DNA of 64,000 bases from a bacterium (GCA_043825985.1 JBDRRB010000018.1:16934-80933), one strand, 5' to 3'. Shown: positions 48,797-61,639, counted from the first letter of the stretch. Notes: a model not told the origin generated them from the sequence alone. Numbers and translations are program-made.

Positions 48797-49680
48797 ACCT
48801 AAAAGAAGCCTACGCCCTTGCCATAGCCCAGCTCCGCGAACATCGCTGCCCGGAATCGGATCCGGAACGCGAGGCCGCGGAGCTTTTGTCCGTCGCCGCC
48901 GAATGTCCGCCCGAACGGCTGCTGGCCCATTCCGAGGACACGCTGACCTCGGACCAGGAAGACGCCCTGCATGACCTGATCGGCCGGCGAATCCGGCACG
49001 AGCCGATCGAGCGGTTGCGTGGACAAGCTACGTTTCTGGGACGCCCGTTCACGGTCTCGCCGTCGACGCTGATTCCGCGACCGGCGACGGAGATCCTGGT
49101 CGAGGCGGCGCTCCGACGGTCGGACGGCTGGCAGGCAGGATATGCGCTGGACGTCGGGACCGGCAGCGGCTGCATTGCGGTGACCCTGGCCGGATCGCTG
49201 CCGGAACTGCGGCTGATCGCCACGGACACGTCGGCCGAGGCCCTGCGGACGGCACAGCTAAATGCCGAGGCCCACCTGGTCGCCGACCGGATCACCTTCC
49301 TGCTGGGAGACCTGATCGCACCGACCGGACGGCACCTGCCGGACCGGACCGATCTGGCCGTATTCGCCAACCTGCCGTACGTGCCGGCCGACCACCTAGT
49401 TAGCCTGAGTCCCGAGGTCAGGGACTTCGAGCCGCCGACCGCGCTCTACGGCGGGCCGGACGGGCTCGACCTGTACCGGCGACTGCTGGACCAGATCTCC
49501 GTCCTGGGCCGGGAGCTTCAGCCGACGTCCGTCTGGCTGTTCGCCGAACACCTGCCGGGACAGCGAATGCCGCTGGACGAGGAGATCAAGCGGCGTTTTG
49601 GGCACTCGACCACGGAAACCATCGAGACCGAAAGCACCGACGGACCGACCGTCATCGGAACAGTGGCCAGGCTGATCTAG
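48793..49680 (+). CDS. prmC: Release factor glutamine methyltransferase
   Basis: TLIPRPATE, DVGTGSGCIA, ANLPY, ALYGGPDGLD. Confidence 0.93.
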   Translation: MNLKEAYALAIAQLREHRCPESDPEREAAELLSVAAECPPERLLAHSEDTLTSDQEDALHDLIGRRIRHEPIERLRGQATFLGRPFTVSPSTLIPRPATEILVEAALRRSDGWQAGYALDVGTGSGCIAVTLAGSLPELRLIATDTSAEALRTAQLNAEAHLVADRITFLLGDLIAPTGRHLPDRTDLAVFANLPYVPADHLVSLSPEVRDFEPPTALYGGPDGLDLYRRLLDQISVLGRELQPTSVWLFAEHLPGQRMPLDEEIKRRFGHSTTETIETESTDGPTVIGTVARLI

Positions 49681-49778
49681 TCCGAAAAAATCATACCGAC
49701 CAACCAAAATTCCGGGCCACAACAGCCCGGAATTTATGTTGTCGTGAAACCGCTCTGCCTAAGACTGAACGGCAGCAG

Positions 49779-50909
49779 TCAATAGGACACCGAATCGACG
49801 CCGTCGACCACCTCGATCCAGGTCGTGCCGACGTTCAGCGCAATCTCGTCGCCGGTCTTCGGATCGACGAACCTGGTCCGTCCGCCGTCTTGCTTGGACC
49901 AACGGGCATCCAGGACCAGCCCGTCGCGTATCACCAGGGCCGCACCGGTGCCGGAAGTCCTGATGCTGCGCCGCCCGACCGAGTCGATGACGCTGATGTC
50001 GGTGAACTGCACAACTATATTGTTCGCCATGACTGCGGTGCCGTTCTCGTCCTTGAACTTGCCACTGCCCTGATGCCGAAGGTAGGTTCCGGTGTCGCGA
50101 TCGAAGGTCCAGGTGACCGTCGCCTCGGCTGCCCCGAACGTGATCTCGATCTCGTCCGTGTCGCCGTATTCTGCGCCGGCGACCCTGAACGGCCGATCAG
50201 TGTCGAGTTTGACCTCATGGCCGTCAAAGTCGAAGTCATCGAGCGACTCATGCAGCAGGTCTGAAGACGTGTAGGCGTTGTGCGGCGCGGAACGGGAACG
50301 ATCACGCCAGAAGTAGCCGCCGTTCCTCATCTCGTCCAGTTCCGGCCAGCCGGAATCGTGCAGCTCCTGCAGGGCCTGAGGACTGCCGCCGACATGAGTC
50401 ATGACGGCACCGTACTCCTCGGCCCAATCGATGAAGTAGGGACGAACCGAACGGACCGGACCGATCCGACGCAGGCCGGCACCGTCGCGGACCAGGATCA
50501 GCAGGCGCGTTATGCCGCCCTCGACCGGTGCTTCCCAGACTAGGCTGGCCGCGGCGACCGAGGCCGAAGGGCGGGCCACGGCGATGTTGTCGATGGTCAC
50601 GGCGAACAGGCGTCCGTCTTCCTGCTCGGCCAGCGACCGTCCGTCGATGGCGCTCCTCGGCCGGTCCGACGGCAGCAGCCCGTCCTGCTCGCTCAGGGCT
50701 CCGTCCGACGAAGACGTATCGACCGGGATCGAACCGCAGGAATCGTCGTCTGACCAGTAAGCGAAGGAAATCGCGCCGACTCCGACCATCGTCATCAGGA
50801 CCACCAGCACCCAACCGGCCGGCCCGCGCCAGAAATCGGCGTCGACAGCAAAAACCGTCCGACGGGCATCGGATTGCCTACGGACGGTTTTGTCCCCCAG
50901 ACCTATCAT
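49779..50909 (-). CDS. DUF3048 domain protein
   Basis: VTIDN...ARP, EAPVEGGITR, GPVRSVRPY, HVGGS, APHNAY. Confidence 0.85.
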   Translation of the reverse strand: MIGLGDKTVRRQSDARRTVFAVDADFWRGPAGWVLVVLMTMVGVGAISFAYWSDDDSCGSIPVDTSSSDGALSEQDGLLPSDRPRSAIDGRSLAEQEDGRLFAVTIDNIAVARPSASVAAASLVWEAPVEGGITRLLILVRDGAGLRRIGPVRSVRPYFIDWAEEYGAVMTHVGGSPQALQELHDSGWPELDEMRNGGYFWRDRSRSAPHNAYTSSDLLHESLDDFDFDGHEVKLDTDRPFRVAGAEYGDTDEIEITFGAAEATVTWTFDRDTGTYLRHQGSGKFKDENGTAVMANNIVVQFTDISVIDSVGRRSIRTSGTGAALVIRDGLVLDARWSKQDGGRTRFVDPKTGDEIALNVGTTWIEVVDGVDSVSY

Positions 50910-50956
50910 CTGCAGCGACACCGGTCGGCGCAGCGCCGACCGCATTACTGAAAGCG

Positions 50957-51610
50957 TTAGCTCTTCGGTTCTTCCTTCTTGTCTTCCTTGCCCTTGCTGG
51001 CGACCTGAACGGATTCGACGTCGCCGGCCGTCGGAGCGGCCTCTTCCTCGACCTCCTCGACCGCGCTGGCCATGGCGATCAGGTCTTCCGGCTCAGCCAG
51101 GATCTCCAGCCCGGACGGAACCACCAGGTCACGGACGTGAATGGCATCGCCGATCTCCTTCAGCTGACCGAGATCGACATCGATGCCGTGAACCAGGTCG
51201 TTCGGCAGGCAGCGAACGTTGACGCCGTCCATGCCCTTGACCAGCATTCCGCCGGACACCTTGACCGCCGGCGCCTCACCGACAAAGGCGAACTCGACGA
51301 AGATCTCCATCTTCTCGGTCATGCTGACCTCATGCAGGTCGACATGGGTGACGTGGCACTTGAGCGGATCCTTCTGGACCGCCCGAATGACCACCATCCT
51401 CGGCTTCTGGCCGTCGATCGACAGCTCCACCAGGGACGAGTCGCCGGCCTCGGCATAGAACTTGCTGAACTCCCGCCCGTCCAGGGACAGGTTCATGCTC
51501 TCGATGCCGTGACCGTAGACCACCGCCGGAATCTTGCCTTCACGCCGCAGCGCACCGACCTGGTTGCCGGTCATCTCCCGAACCCAGGCACTCAACTTGA
51601 ACGTCGCCAT
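50957..51610 (-). CDS. rplY: 50S ribosomal protein L25 (CTC form)
   Basis: LRREGKIPAVVYG, HVDL, GEAPAVK, GDAIHVRDL. Confidence 0.94.
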   Translation of the reverse strand: MATFKLSAWVREMTGNQVGALRREGKIPAVVYGHGIESMNLSLDGREFSKFYAEAGDSSLVELSIDGQKPRMVVIRAVQKDPLKCHVTHVDLHEVSMTEKMEIFVEFAFVGEAPAVKVSGGMLVKGMDGVNVRCLPNDLVHGIDVDLGQLKEIGDAIHVRDLVVPSGLEILAEPEDLIAMASAVEEVEEEAAPTAGDVESVQVASKGKEDKKEEPKS

Positions 51611-51969
51611 AGAAATTCTACTAAAAAGCCGTGTCTTAGTCGAAATCGTTTTCGGCAGCCGATCGACAGCCTGCCGGACGGACCGGCTACCGATACCGTC
51701 AGTCCAATTTCACGCGTGCATTTATACCCCGCCGCCCTTTTTTTGGCAAGACCAAGGGCCAGCCAAAAGAAAAAGCCCTCGGTTCGAGCCGGCCCAGTGC
51801 CGTCGATCCCGAAGACCCTACCCTGTCGCCGGCCGGACCGACGGGCCGGACATGCGTCCGTACCCGCACCCCATGGCGGACGAAAGGCCGATCGCCCCTT
51901 CCGAAACGGAAGCCGTGGCGAACGGCCGGTGTTCAATCCGATTGTACGGTCAGTGCGGCCGCCCGACCG

Positions 51970-52332
51970 CTAGCACCCCAGCTGGGCGAAGAGCTGGTCG
52001 TCGTTCTGCAGCAGGTGATGCATGTCGATCACGTCGTTGGTGCTGACCACCGGAGAATTCTTGAAACGATCCACCTCGTCGCAGGCCAGGTCAGTCGACA
52101 GTCCGACTGAGCTGACACCGGCCGAAGAAATAATAACCAACGCCAGAATTGCGTTGGAACATTTTCCGCACGTCATGTGCAGCAGATGACTGCCCTCCTT
52201 CTCGCCCAGGACGCGCGTCTGTGACGGCGTGTAGCTGGACTCGCACAACGGGCAATAAGAGATAAGCTTGACGTCCTCTCCGCAGAAAGAAGTCTCGGCC
52301 CGCTTAGGTACGCTATTAGAAGATAAGGACAT
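51970..52332 (-). CDS. Conserved zinc-ribbon hypothetical protein
   Basis: CPLC...HMTCGKC, DDVID-like C-terminus (NDVIDMH). Confidence 0.7.
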   Translation of the reverse strand: MSLSSNSVPKRAETSFCGEDVKLISYCPLCESSYTPSQTRVLGEKEGSHLLHMTCGKCSNAILALVIISSAGVSSVGLSTDLACDEVDRFKNSPVVSTNDVIDMHHLLQNDDQLFAQLGC

Positions 52333-52443
52333 ACTTTTTTATTTTTTCGGCGGCGGATTTTTTGTTTTTTGTTCCGCAGCTCTGTGAATATCTTACCATT
52401 TTTTGACCCTTCGGTCAACGGAAAAATCCACAGGCCGAGACGA

Positions 52444-53580
52444 CTACGCACGCACGCCCTTCATGGACATCGACTCCAGAAGACCGATCATCGCGAACTT
52501 CACGAGCAGCGAACTGCCGCCGTAGCTGACGAACGGCAGGGTCACTCCGGTCACCGGCATCAGCCTCAGGTTCCCTCCCAGATTGACGAACACCTCAAGG
52601 GCGATGGAGACCGTGATGCCCGTCGCCAGGTACACCGAAAAGTCGTCGCTCGACCGAACCGCCAGCCGATACCCGCGCCAGAACACCACGCCGAACATCA
52701 GGCACAGGACGAACACTCCGACGTAGCCCAGCTCCTCGGCGATGACCGCGAAGATGAAGTCGGTCTGTCGTTCCGGCAGGAAGCGCAGCTGACTCTGCGA
52801 CCCGTAGCCCATGCCCTTGCCGGTCAGCCCGCCGGATCCGATGGCGATTATCGACTGGGTGACGTTGTAGCCGCGCCCGAGCGGATCGCTTTCCGGATCA
52901 AGAAACGACAGGATGCGGTCCTTCTGGTACGGCTTGAGCAGCAGGGTCCAGGCCAGCAGCGCCACCGCCCCGACGCCCACTGCCAACAGCAGCAGGTGCG
53001 AACGCCTGATGCCGGACAGCAGGACCAGCACTCCCCAGACGCCCATTATAAGGAATGCGGAACCGAAGTCCGGCTGCAGCAGCACCAGGCCGACGACCGG
53101 CAGGACGGCCAGGCCGGAGACGATCACGTGCCGCAGTCCCCTCTCCTTTCCGGCGAAGTCGCTCAGGTATTTCGCCAAAAAGATGATGACCAGCAGCTTG
53201 ACCAGCTCGACCGGCTGCACGCCGAATCCGGCGATGCCGAACCAGCCGGTCGTGCCGCGAATCCGCGTGCCGAAGACCAGGACCAGCAGCAGCAGGACAA
53301 CCGAAATCGACAGAACCTGACGCGACATTCGCGACAGCGAACGGTAGTCGAAGGCCGGCAGGGCGAAGGCCAGGACCAGGCCGAGACCGACGAACCAGAG
53401 CTGCTTCCAGAAGTTTCCCAGGTCCGGACCGGCGGAAGACGAACCGGAAACCAACGCACTGCCGGCACCGGCCAACGAGGTGCTGTAGAGCGCCGACAGG
53501 CCGAACACGGCCAGCAGAACGCAGGCCCCCAAAAGGAGCCAGTCGAACTTGAGGACGTCGTAAGTTGATGTTCTGGACAT
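52444..53580 (-). CDS. rodA: Rod shape-determining protein RodA (SEDS)
   Basis: QPVELVK, LQPDFGS, GYNVTQSIIAIGSGG, LPERQTDFIF, LPFVSYGGSS. Confidence 0.92.
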   Translation of the reverse strand: MSRTSTYDVLKFDWLLLGACVLLAVFGLSALYSTSLAGAGSALVSGSSSAGPDLGNFWKQLWFVGLGLVLAFALPAFDYRSLSRMSRQVLSISVVLLLLVLVFGTRIRGTTGWFGIAGFGVQPVELVKLLVIIFLAKYLSDFAGKERGLRHVIVSGLAVLPVVGLVLLQPDFGSAFLIMGVWGVLVLLSGIRRSHLLLLAVGVGAVALLAWTLLLKPYQKDRILSFLDPESDPLGRGYNVTQSIIAIGSGGLTGKGMGYGSQSQLRFLPERQTDFIFAVIAEELGYVGVFVLCLMFGVVFWRGYRLAVRSSDDFSVYLATGITVSIALEVFVNLGGNLRLMPVTGVTLPFVSYGGSSLLVKFAMIGLLESMSMKGVRA

Positions 53581-53763
53581 GGCCGAAAGATTATCGCGGA
53601 CTAAGTCTATGCGCGCCGGCCAGACGAGTCAAAACAGGACCGAACAATAAAGCTGTACCCATTTCCCGACGACGAATGACGAGCCGAGACGAAGAACAAT
53701 CGCGTCCGTTCGATGCCGAATCGGACCGAGAAAAAACAAAAACCGTCGACAATGGCAGTGAAC

Positions 53764-53791
53764 AAAAAAACCGCTCACTGCTAGTGAGCGG
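53764..53791 (-). terminator. Intrinsic terminator
   Basis: ccgctcact/agtgagcgg stem followed by a T7 run on the minus strand. Confidence 0.65.
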
Positions 53792-53797
53792 CAATCA

Positions 53798-54069
53798 TGT
53801 CATTGCGAGCGAGTGCGGCGAGCGTGGAAATCCCGACCGAAGCACAGACCCCGACGGGATCATCACGTTACGTCGATTCCTGCCTGCCCCGCCTGCCGGC
53901 GTGCAGGAACAGGCAGGCGCTCCTCCATTCGTGACGAGAACATCCCCGTGGATTCCCGATACGTCGTTCGCGAACGACGTATCCCGCCGGAGCCTGCCCT
54001 CGCGAAGGCGGGGGGCGGTAATGACATGCGGTTAGATGAAAAACAAACCGACCAGGACTCTCTGGTCGG
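53798..54069. repeat. Cluster of nested REP/REPIN-like palindromes
   Basis: GTCATTGCGAG...GTGAC pair with cctgcctgcc/ggcagg insert; GGATTCCCG...AATGAC with a 26-bp perfect palindrome at 53958-53983. Confidence 0.65.
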
Positions 54070-54120
54070 ACGTAACTACTATGGCAAGCAGGTTCTGGAT
54101 GGAATTCATCTTAAAACAAA

Positions 54121-54242
54121 GCGGACTTCAGGTTGGATGAAGTGTGCTTGGCTGGAGCGATCCGTGCAGCGAAACGTACTAAGAACGTACGTTGAGCAAA
54201 CGGATCGCGAAGCCAAGTGCAATTCGCCAAGCTGGAGTCCGC
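54121..54242 (+). ncRNA. Structured dispersed repeat / candidate ncRNA, copy C
   Basis: gcggacttcag...ctggagtccgc; preceded by truncated arm gcaggttctggatgga at 54088. Confidence 0.65.
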
Positions 54243-54247
54243 CCAAT

Positions 54248-55123
54248 CTAATCCTCCGGCGCAAGGTAGATGGCCGGATCGAACAGGTTCAACTCCGGCC
54301 TAACTTCGACTCGGGTCACGCTCGGCAGGTCATTGAACCAGCTGGCCTCGACAGTCCTGGTCTCGCCGGCCTTCAGCCCGCTCGCCACGACCCGGTTGGC
54401 CGCCACTACCCGTTCGCCGCTCAGCAGGGCCACCATGAACGGCACCGAAACGTAGCCGTAGGCGGTGTTGTTGGTGACGCTGAAACGGGCCCGGCTGACC
54501 GGCAGCGACGACTTCGGGTCCGGCGGCATGAACTCCGGATCGGCGATGACGAAATCCAGCCGGCTGGTCGCCCAAGTCTGGTAGTCGGGACGGACGACAT
54601 GCCCGTCAACCCGATGCCAGGACAGGTCGACTATCTCGAAGCTGGGGCTCGGCCGTCGGTCGGCGTCGACCGCCAGCTGATACAGGTAGCGGGAGTCGGC
54701 CGGCAGGAGATATCCGTGCTGCACGCGGTCCGGCAGCCCGGAATCGACGAATCGGTAGTCGAACTCGACCCACCAGCGACGGTTCGGGTTGGCCACCCGG
54801 GCCAGCAGGTCGTACTTGCCCTCGCCGGACGTCAGCACGATCGGCGTCTGGACGGACAGGCGCTCCGGCATGGAGGCCTCGCGGAATCCGGCGTAGTCGG
54901 TCAGATTCTGGGTCAGGAGGGCGGTTCCGGCCCGCTCCCGCACGCCGGACCCGAAGAACCAGTCGGCGAAACCCCAGACGCCGTAGGCCAGAAGAGAAAA
55001 TCCGACCACTGCCAGCAGCACGGTCAGCCCGGTCTTGAGCTGCGCCTTGTGATGAAGCCACCACAGGCCCCACCTGAGCTGATCCTCCGAAAGACGGTCA
55101 TCGTTCTCGATTGGTGTCTCCAT
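54248..55123 (-). CDS. Hypothetical membrane-anchored protein with two Ig-like domains
   Basis: TM then LARVANPN and FSVTNNT...LKAGETR motifs. Confidence 0.6.
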   Translation of the reverse strand: METPIENDDRLSEDQLRWGLWWLHHKAQLKTGLTVLLAVVGFSLLAYGVWGFADWFFGSGVRERAGTALLTQNLTDYAGFREASMPERLSVQTPIVLTSGEGKYDLLARVANPNRRWWVEFDYRFVDSGLPDRVQHGYLLPADSRYLYQLAVDADRRPSPSFEIVDLSWHRVDGHVVRPDYQTWATSRLDFVIADPEFMPPDPKSSLPVSRARFSVTNNTAYGYVSVPFMVALLSGERVVAANRVVASGLKAGETRTVEASWFNDLPSVTRVEVRPELNLFDPAIYLAPED

Positions 55124-55260
55124 ATAATATAGGTAGCCGGTTAACGACTCCATGATAGCAGACTCGGGCGGCCGGGCCGAGAGACTTGACCGAGACCGAC
55201 GGCTGTGTTGTACAGGCCGGCTGTGACCTCTCCTCGAGAGGCACTGCAAAGGAGGACAGC

Positions 55261-57947
<2,687 letters not shown>

Positions 57948-58119
57948 AACCGGTCACCCGAAAAATCACAGTCGTCAAAAAGATGGCCCTACCAAGGACC
58001 GTCTTTTGATTCCATCGAGTCGGCTGCCCCTGGCCTTGACGACAGGCAGCACACCGGTTAATCTGACCGGTCCACTCAAAACAACATCCGTTTGGATGCC
58101 GAGACACAAGGAGGACGAG

Positions 58120-58560
58120 ATGGACCATGACAAAAGGAGGACCAAACGGATCAGAAGCACTATCCTGACGGTCATTCTGACCTCGGTGCTGGTAGTCTCG
58201 ATCGTCTGCATCCACTGGCACCGCTCGACGACCGATACCTACGTCACGGAGACAGTCGAGCTGCTGGATGGCCACGTCGTCGAACTGCTGCTCGAGGACG
58301 GCTCTCACTGTGCGGCCGCTCCGCCCGACCGGCTGGTGACCAGGCTGCTGCAGAGCGGTGACAACGGACTGACGGCCATGACCGAGTACCGCCGCGACGA
58401 TCCGAACCAGAACGGCTGGGAAAGCCTGTGCCCGGACCGGCAGAGGGCAACCGTGACGTTAGACCAATGGCGACAGATCATCCGCACGGCGGGCTACCAT
58501 CGCCGTCTGGCCGAGTATCGACGAGGCCTGGACGGACGGCCGACGACGGATCAGCCGTAG
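58120..58560 (+). CDS. Membrane-anchored Cys-Cys-Trp paralog 1
   Basis: Promoter TTGACG-17-TAATCT (58036-58064), SD AAGGAGG; TM; HC..PP.RL...EY.R...CP...L..W. Confidence 0.65.
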   Translation: MDHDKRRTKRIRSTILTVILTSVLVVSIVCIHWHRSTTDTYVTETVELLDGHVVELLLEDGSHCAAAPPDRLVTRLLQSGDNGLTAMTEYRRDDPNQNGWESLCPDRQRATVTLDQWRQIIRTAGYHRRLAEYRRGLDGRPTTDQP

Positions 58561-58796
58561 CAGCCGCCGCAGACCAACCTGCCGACCGCTGGACAGCCGT
58601 CGACAGGTTGACGAGCAGACCGAATTCCACTACCATCAACCGTCGCTCCGCCAAAACCGAACGAACTTCAGGCGATCCGCGGATCGCCTTTTGTTCTGTC
58701 CGGTCGTCAGAACGCGCCCGACATGCTTGACAGCGCGGCCGAGAGGGTCAAACATACGTCCGTCGGTCGACACGACCGACGGATCCGGAGGACAAG

Positions 58797-59291
58797 ATGG
58801 ATAAGCAACAATCCGAAACCGACGAGAGACCGCGGGCAGACAAGTCGAACTTCAACCCGCACCGAACGATGCTCCTGTTTGCGACACTGCTCCTTGCCGT
58901 GGCATGTGTAGGGCTGTTCGTGCTGGCGGCGGTATTCAGCGTGTACTTAAGCTTCGACACGGAAATCCCGAACGAACACCGAGAGAACGCCCCAGCAGTC
59001 GAGCTGGTCGGCTACCACTCGCCGGTACTACCGCTCGGCCGTGACGAGCACTGCCTAACCGTACCGCCAGGCAGGTTGGTCTTCGTCGACCCGATGAACC
59101 CAGAACCGACAACGGTCGACCGTCTCATCACGGTCGAGTACCAACGGACTGAAGGGATGCCGGTCAGGCTGGGCCGAACGGTCGAGTGTCCGGCCGGCCG
59201 ATACCACATCAGGTTGAGCAAGTGGCAACGGATCGTCGCCGAAGCCCGGCTGCAGCGGGACTTGGCCGGCCGTGCCGACGAACCGAACTGA
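58797..59291 (+). CDS. Membrane-anchored Cys-Cys-Trp paralog 2
   Basis: SD GGAGG; TM; HCLTVPPGRLV...EYQR...CPAG...LSKW. Confidence 0.65.
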   Translation: MDKQQSETDERPRADKSNFNPHRTMLLFATLLLAVACVGLFVLAAVFSVYLSFDTEIPNEHRENAPAVELVGYHSPVLPLGRDEHCLTVPPGRLVFVDPMNPEPTTVDRLITVEYQRTEGMPVRLGRTVECPAGRYHIRLSKWQRIVAEARLQRDLAGRADEPN

Positions 59292-59485
59292 GCCGGTCGG
59301 CGCGTCCCCGCCAGCACACACGCGAGCGAACCTCAAGGCAGCCGACCTACAGGCTGTCTTTTTCTTTCTAACAGTGTCCGGACCAGGCTTGACGGACCGG
59401 TCGGGAAATGTTTCACTGCACCCTCCGCGAAATTCATGACTGGCCGGCTAGTCGCCGGACCGAACTGCGGAAGAAGGAAGGTCAG

Positions 59486-60049
59486 ATGAACGACCAAGAC
59501 TCAGAAACCACCAACTGATCGATTATAGACGAGGCCCCTGTGCCCGAATGGCTCAAGAAGACGGTGAGAACGGAAACTGCCATCGCCGCAGAGGAACTGC
59601 GACAGCAGAAGAAACTCCAGTTCAGACGCAGACTGATTGCGCCAATGCTGGTCATCGTGATCATCATCCCGATCATTGGCCACGTCAGTCGGCTCATCAA
59701 CAACTACCGATACGGAAACTCCGATGGGCCGTACCCGATAGTGAACGACCTGCCTACCTCATACGTCGGCGACCTACCGACGCATGACCTGGCGAACCAG
59801 TGGGACGGCGGCACCTGCACCGCGCACGGCCGGCTGACCGTCATAAACCAGGACTCAGAACTCATACTGCTCAGGTATCAGGATGAACGTGACAGCCTGA
59901 CCGTCAGGTCGGACAATGACTGCCCGGACGGATATCTGACGGTACTGCCGCTCGAGGTCTGGAACCTGGCCTGTCAGACCTGGCAGGCTCGAACGGTGCA
60001 AGAGCTGAGCATTGAGCCGGAGCGCGTCACCGGACTGTTCGCCAGGTAA
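59486..60049 (+). pseudogene. Cys-Cys-Trp paralog 3 with in-frame TGA at codon 11 (or intact from GTG 59540)
   Basis: SD aaggaagg, ATG 59486 in frame with GTG 59540, TGA at 59516-59518; TC...GRL...RY...CPDG...L..W. Confidence 0.5.
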
Positions 60050-60126
60050 CAGACGAAGCCGAAGCCGAATTTACGAGGCCGAACTGGCCTCTTTTTTGTC
60101 CGTCCACCGCCTTCCGGTCGTCAGCC

Positions 60127-60155
60127 TTGCCAAACCGCAATCGAGGAGGTATGCT
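60127..60155 (+). promoter_or_regulatory. secE-nusG promoter
   Basis: TTGCCA-17-TATGCT. Confidence 0.55.
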
Positions 60156-60207
60156 AGCAGCAAGAAATCGAGACGACCGCCACCGGGGCGGTTTTTAGAA
60201 CCAAAAT

Positions 60208-60414
60208 ATGGCTAAGATATCACTAAGCAACAATCCGCTCGTCAACTACGCCCGCAATTCCCGGGACGAGCTGAAGAGGGTCTCCTGGCCGACCCGCCAG
60301 CAGATCATCAAGGACACGCTGATCGTGATCGGCGTCTCGGTCGCCATGGGCGCGTTCTTCGCGCTGGCGGACAAGCTGTTCGAGATCGGCTTCCGTCAGG
60401 CCATCGGCCAGTAG
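60208..60414 (+). CDS. secE: Preprotein translocase SecE
   Basis: ELKRVSWPTR plus TM; upstream of nusG. Confidence 0.93.
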   Translation: MAKISLSNNPLVNYARNSRDELKRVSWPTRQQIIKDTLIVIGVSVAMGAFFALADKLFEIGFRQAIGQ

Positions 60415-60478
60415 GCCACGACAGATAAAGTACTTTACTCCATCGGGCGTCCGGCGCCCGACAGCACGAACCATAACT

Positions 60479-61024
60479 ATGCCAAAGCAGACAGAAGGAC
60501 GCGGACGCCGCTGGTACGCGATCCACACCGCCTCTGGCTACGAGGAGAACGTCCGTCACAACCTGGAGCAGCGCATCGAGTCGCTGGACATGCGGGAAAA
60601 GATCTTCAACGTGCTGATCCCCAAGGAAAAGAAGATCAAGATCAAGAACGGCAAGCGCAAGGTGGTCGAGGAGAAGATCTTCCCCGGCTACGTGCTGGTC
60701 GAGATGCTCGTGGACGACGCCTCCTGGTACGTGGTCCGCAACACGCCGAACGTGACCGGCTTCATCGGCACCGGCACCATTCCCACTCCCCTGTCCGACG
60801 CCGAGATCAAGGCCCTGCAGAAGCGCATGGGCGTCGAGGAGCCGGAATACAAGATCGACGTCGAGGTCAACTCGCCGGTCGGCATCACCGACGGCCCGTT
60901 CAAGGGCTTCGAGGGCAAGGTGGCCGAAATCGACCAGTCACGCGGCAAGATCAAGGTCCTGGTCTCGATGTTCGGCCGCGAGACGCCGGTCGAGCTGGAC
61001 TTCCTGCAGATCAAGAAGATCTAG
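60479..61024 (+). CDS. nusG: Transcription factor NusG
   Basis: WYAIHTASGYE, FPGYVLVEM, GPFKGFEG, FGRETPVEL. Confidence 0.98.
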   Translation: MPKQTEGRGRRWYAIHTASGYEENVRHNLEQRIESLDMREKIFNVLIPKEKKIKIKNGKRKVVEEKIFPGYVLVEMLVDDASWYVVRNTPNVTGFIGTGTIPTPLSDAEIKALQKRMGVEEPEYKIDVEVNSPVGITDGPFKGFEGKVAEIDQSRGKIKVLVSMFGRETPVELDFLQIKKI

Positions 61025-61063
61025 CCCGGACCGAAACGACGGATAGGCAGCCAACCACAGAAC

Positions 61064-61399
61064 ATGAAAACGTATCCGATGAGGCTGCATCCCGAACCGT
61101 TCGAGCGGATCAGGTCCGGCCAGAAAACCGACGAGCTGCGGCTCAACGATCCCAAGCGGCAGCAAATCCAAGTTGGCGACCGGATCGAGTTCAGCCGACG
61201 GCCCGAATGCACGGAAAAACTGCTGGCCGAAGTCTCCTACCTGAAGCACTACCCGACCTTCGCCGAGATGTACGACGGGGTGAAGGACAGGTATCCGGAG
61301 GCCAGCCGCGACTCGTTCGTCGCCGGCATGCACCAGTACTACCCGCCCGAGGAGGAAGCCGAGTTCGGCACGGTCGAGATCGGCCTGCGAGTGGTCTAG
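61064..61399 (+). CDS. ASCH domain protein
   Basis: MRLHPEPFERIRSGQKTDELRLND.KR..IQVGD.I.F. Confidence 0.85.
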   Translation: MKTYPMRLHPEPFERIRSGQKTDELRLNDPKRQQIQVGDRIEFSRRPECTEKLLAEVSYLKHYPTFAEMYDGVKDRYPEASRDSFVAGMHQYYPPEEEAEFGTVEIGLRVV

Positions 61400-61505
61400 C
61401 CAGAAACCAAACCAACGAGTGCCAGAACCAAAATCTGGCACTTTTGTTTCGGTTAAACCAAAAAGAAGGCAAATCGACCGAAAACTTGGCAGCTAAACCA
61501 ACCCC

Positions 61506-61534
61506 TTGCTAAAACCGCCCAAAACCGCTAATCT
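61506..61534 (+). promoter_or_regulatory. rplK promoter
   Basis: TTGCTA-17-TAATCT. Confidence 0.55.
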
Positions 61535-61639
61535 TCGCACGCATACGGTGGGTCCCCGGACTCGGGACCGCTTCTCTCCGTAGACAAACGGAAACCCCGC
61601 TTCTTAAAGCGGAGCCGTCCAATTCATTCCAAACATCGA

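Noticed and set aside
53813-55132. 439-aa + strand ORF spanning the repeat nest
   Set aside because: It runs through palindromic repeats and antisense to a credible membrane protein gene; no transposase motifs.
59516-59518. Genetic code 25 (TGA=Gly) recoding
   Set aside because: Conserved genes such as rplJ, pyrH, metK, eno and gap terminate at TGA at the expected lengths.
60050-60207. tRNA-Trp often found before secE
   Set aside because: No cloverleaf or T-loop GTTCRA motif is visible.
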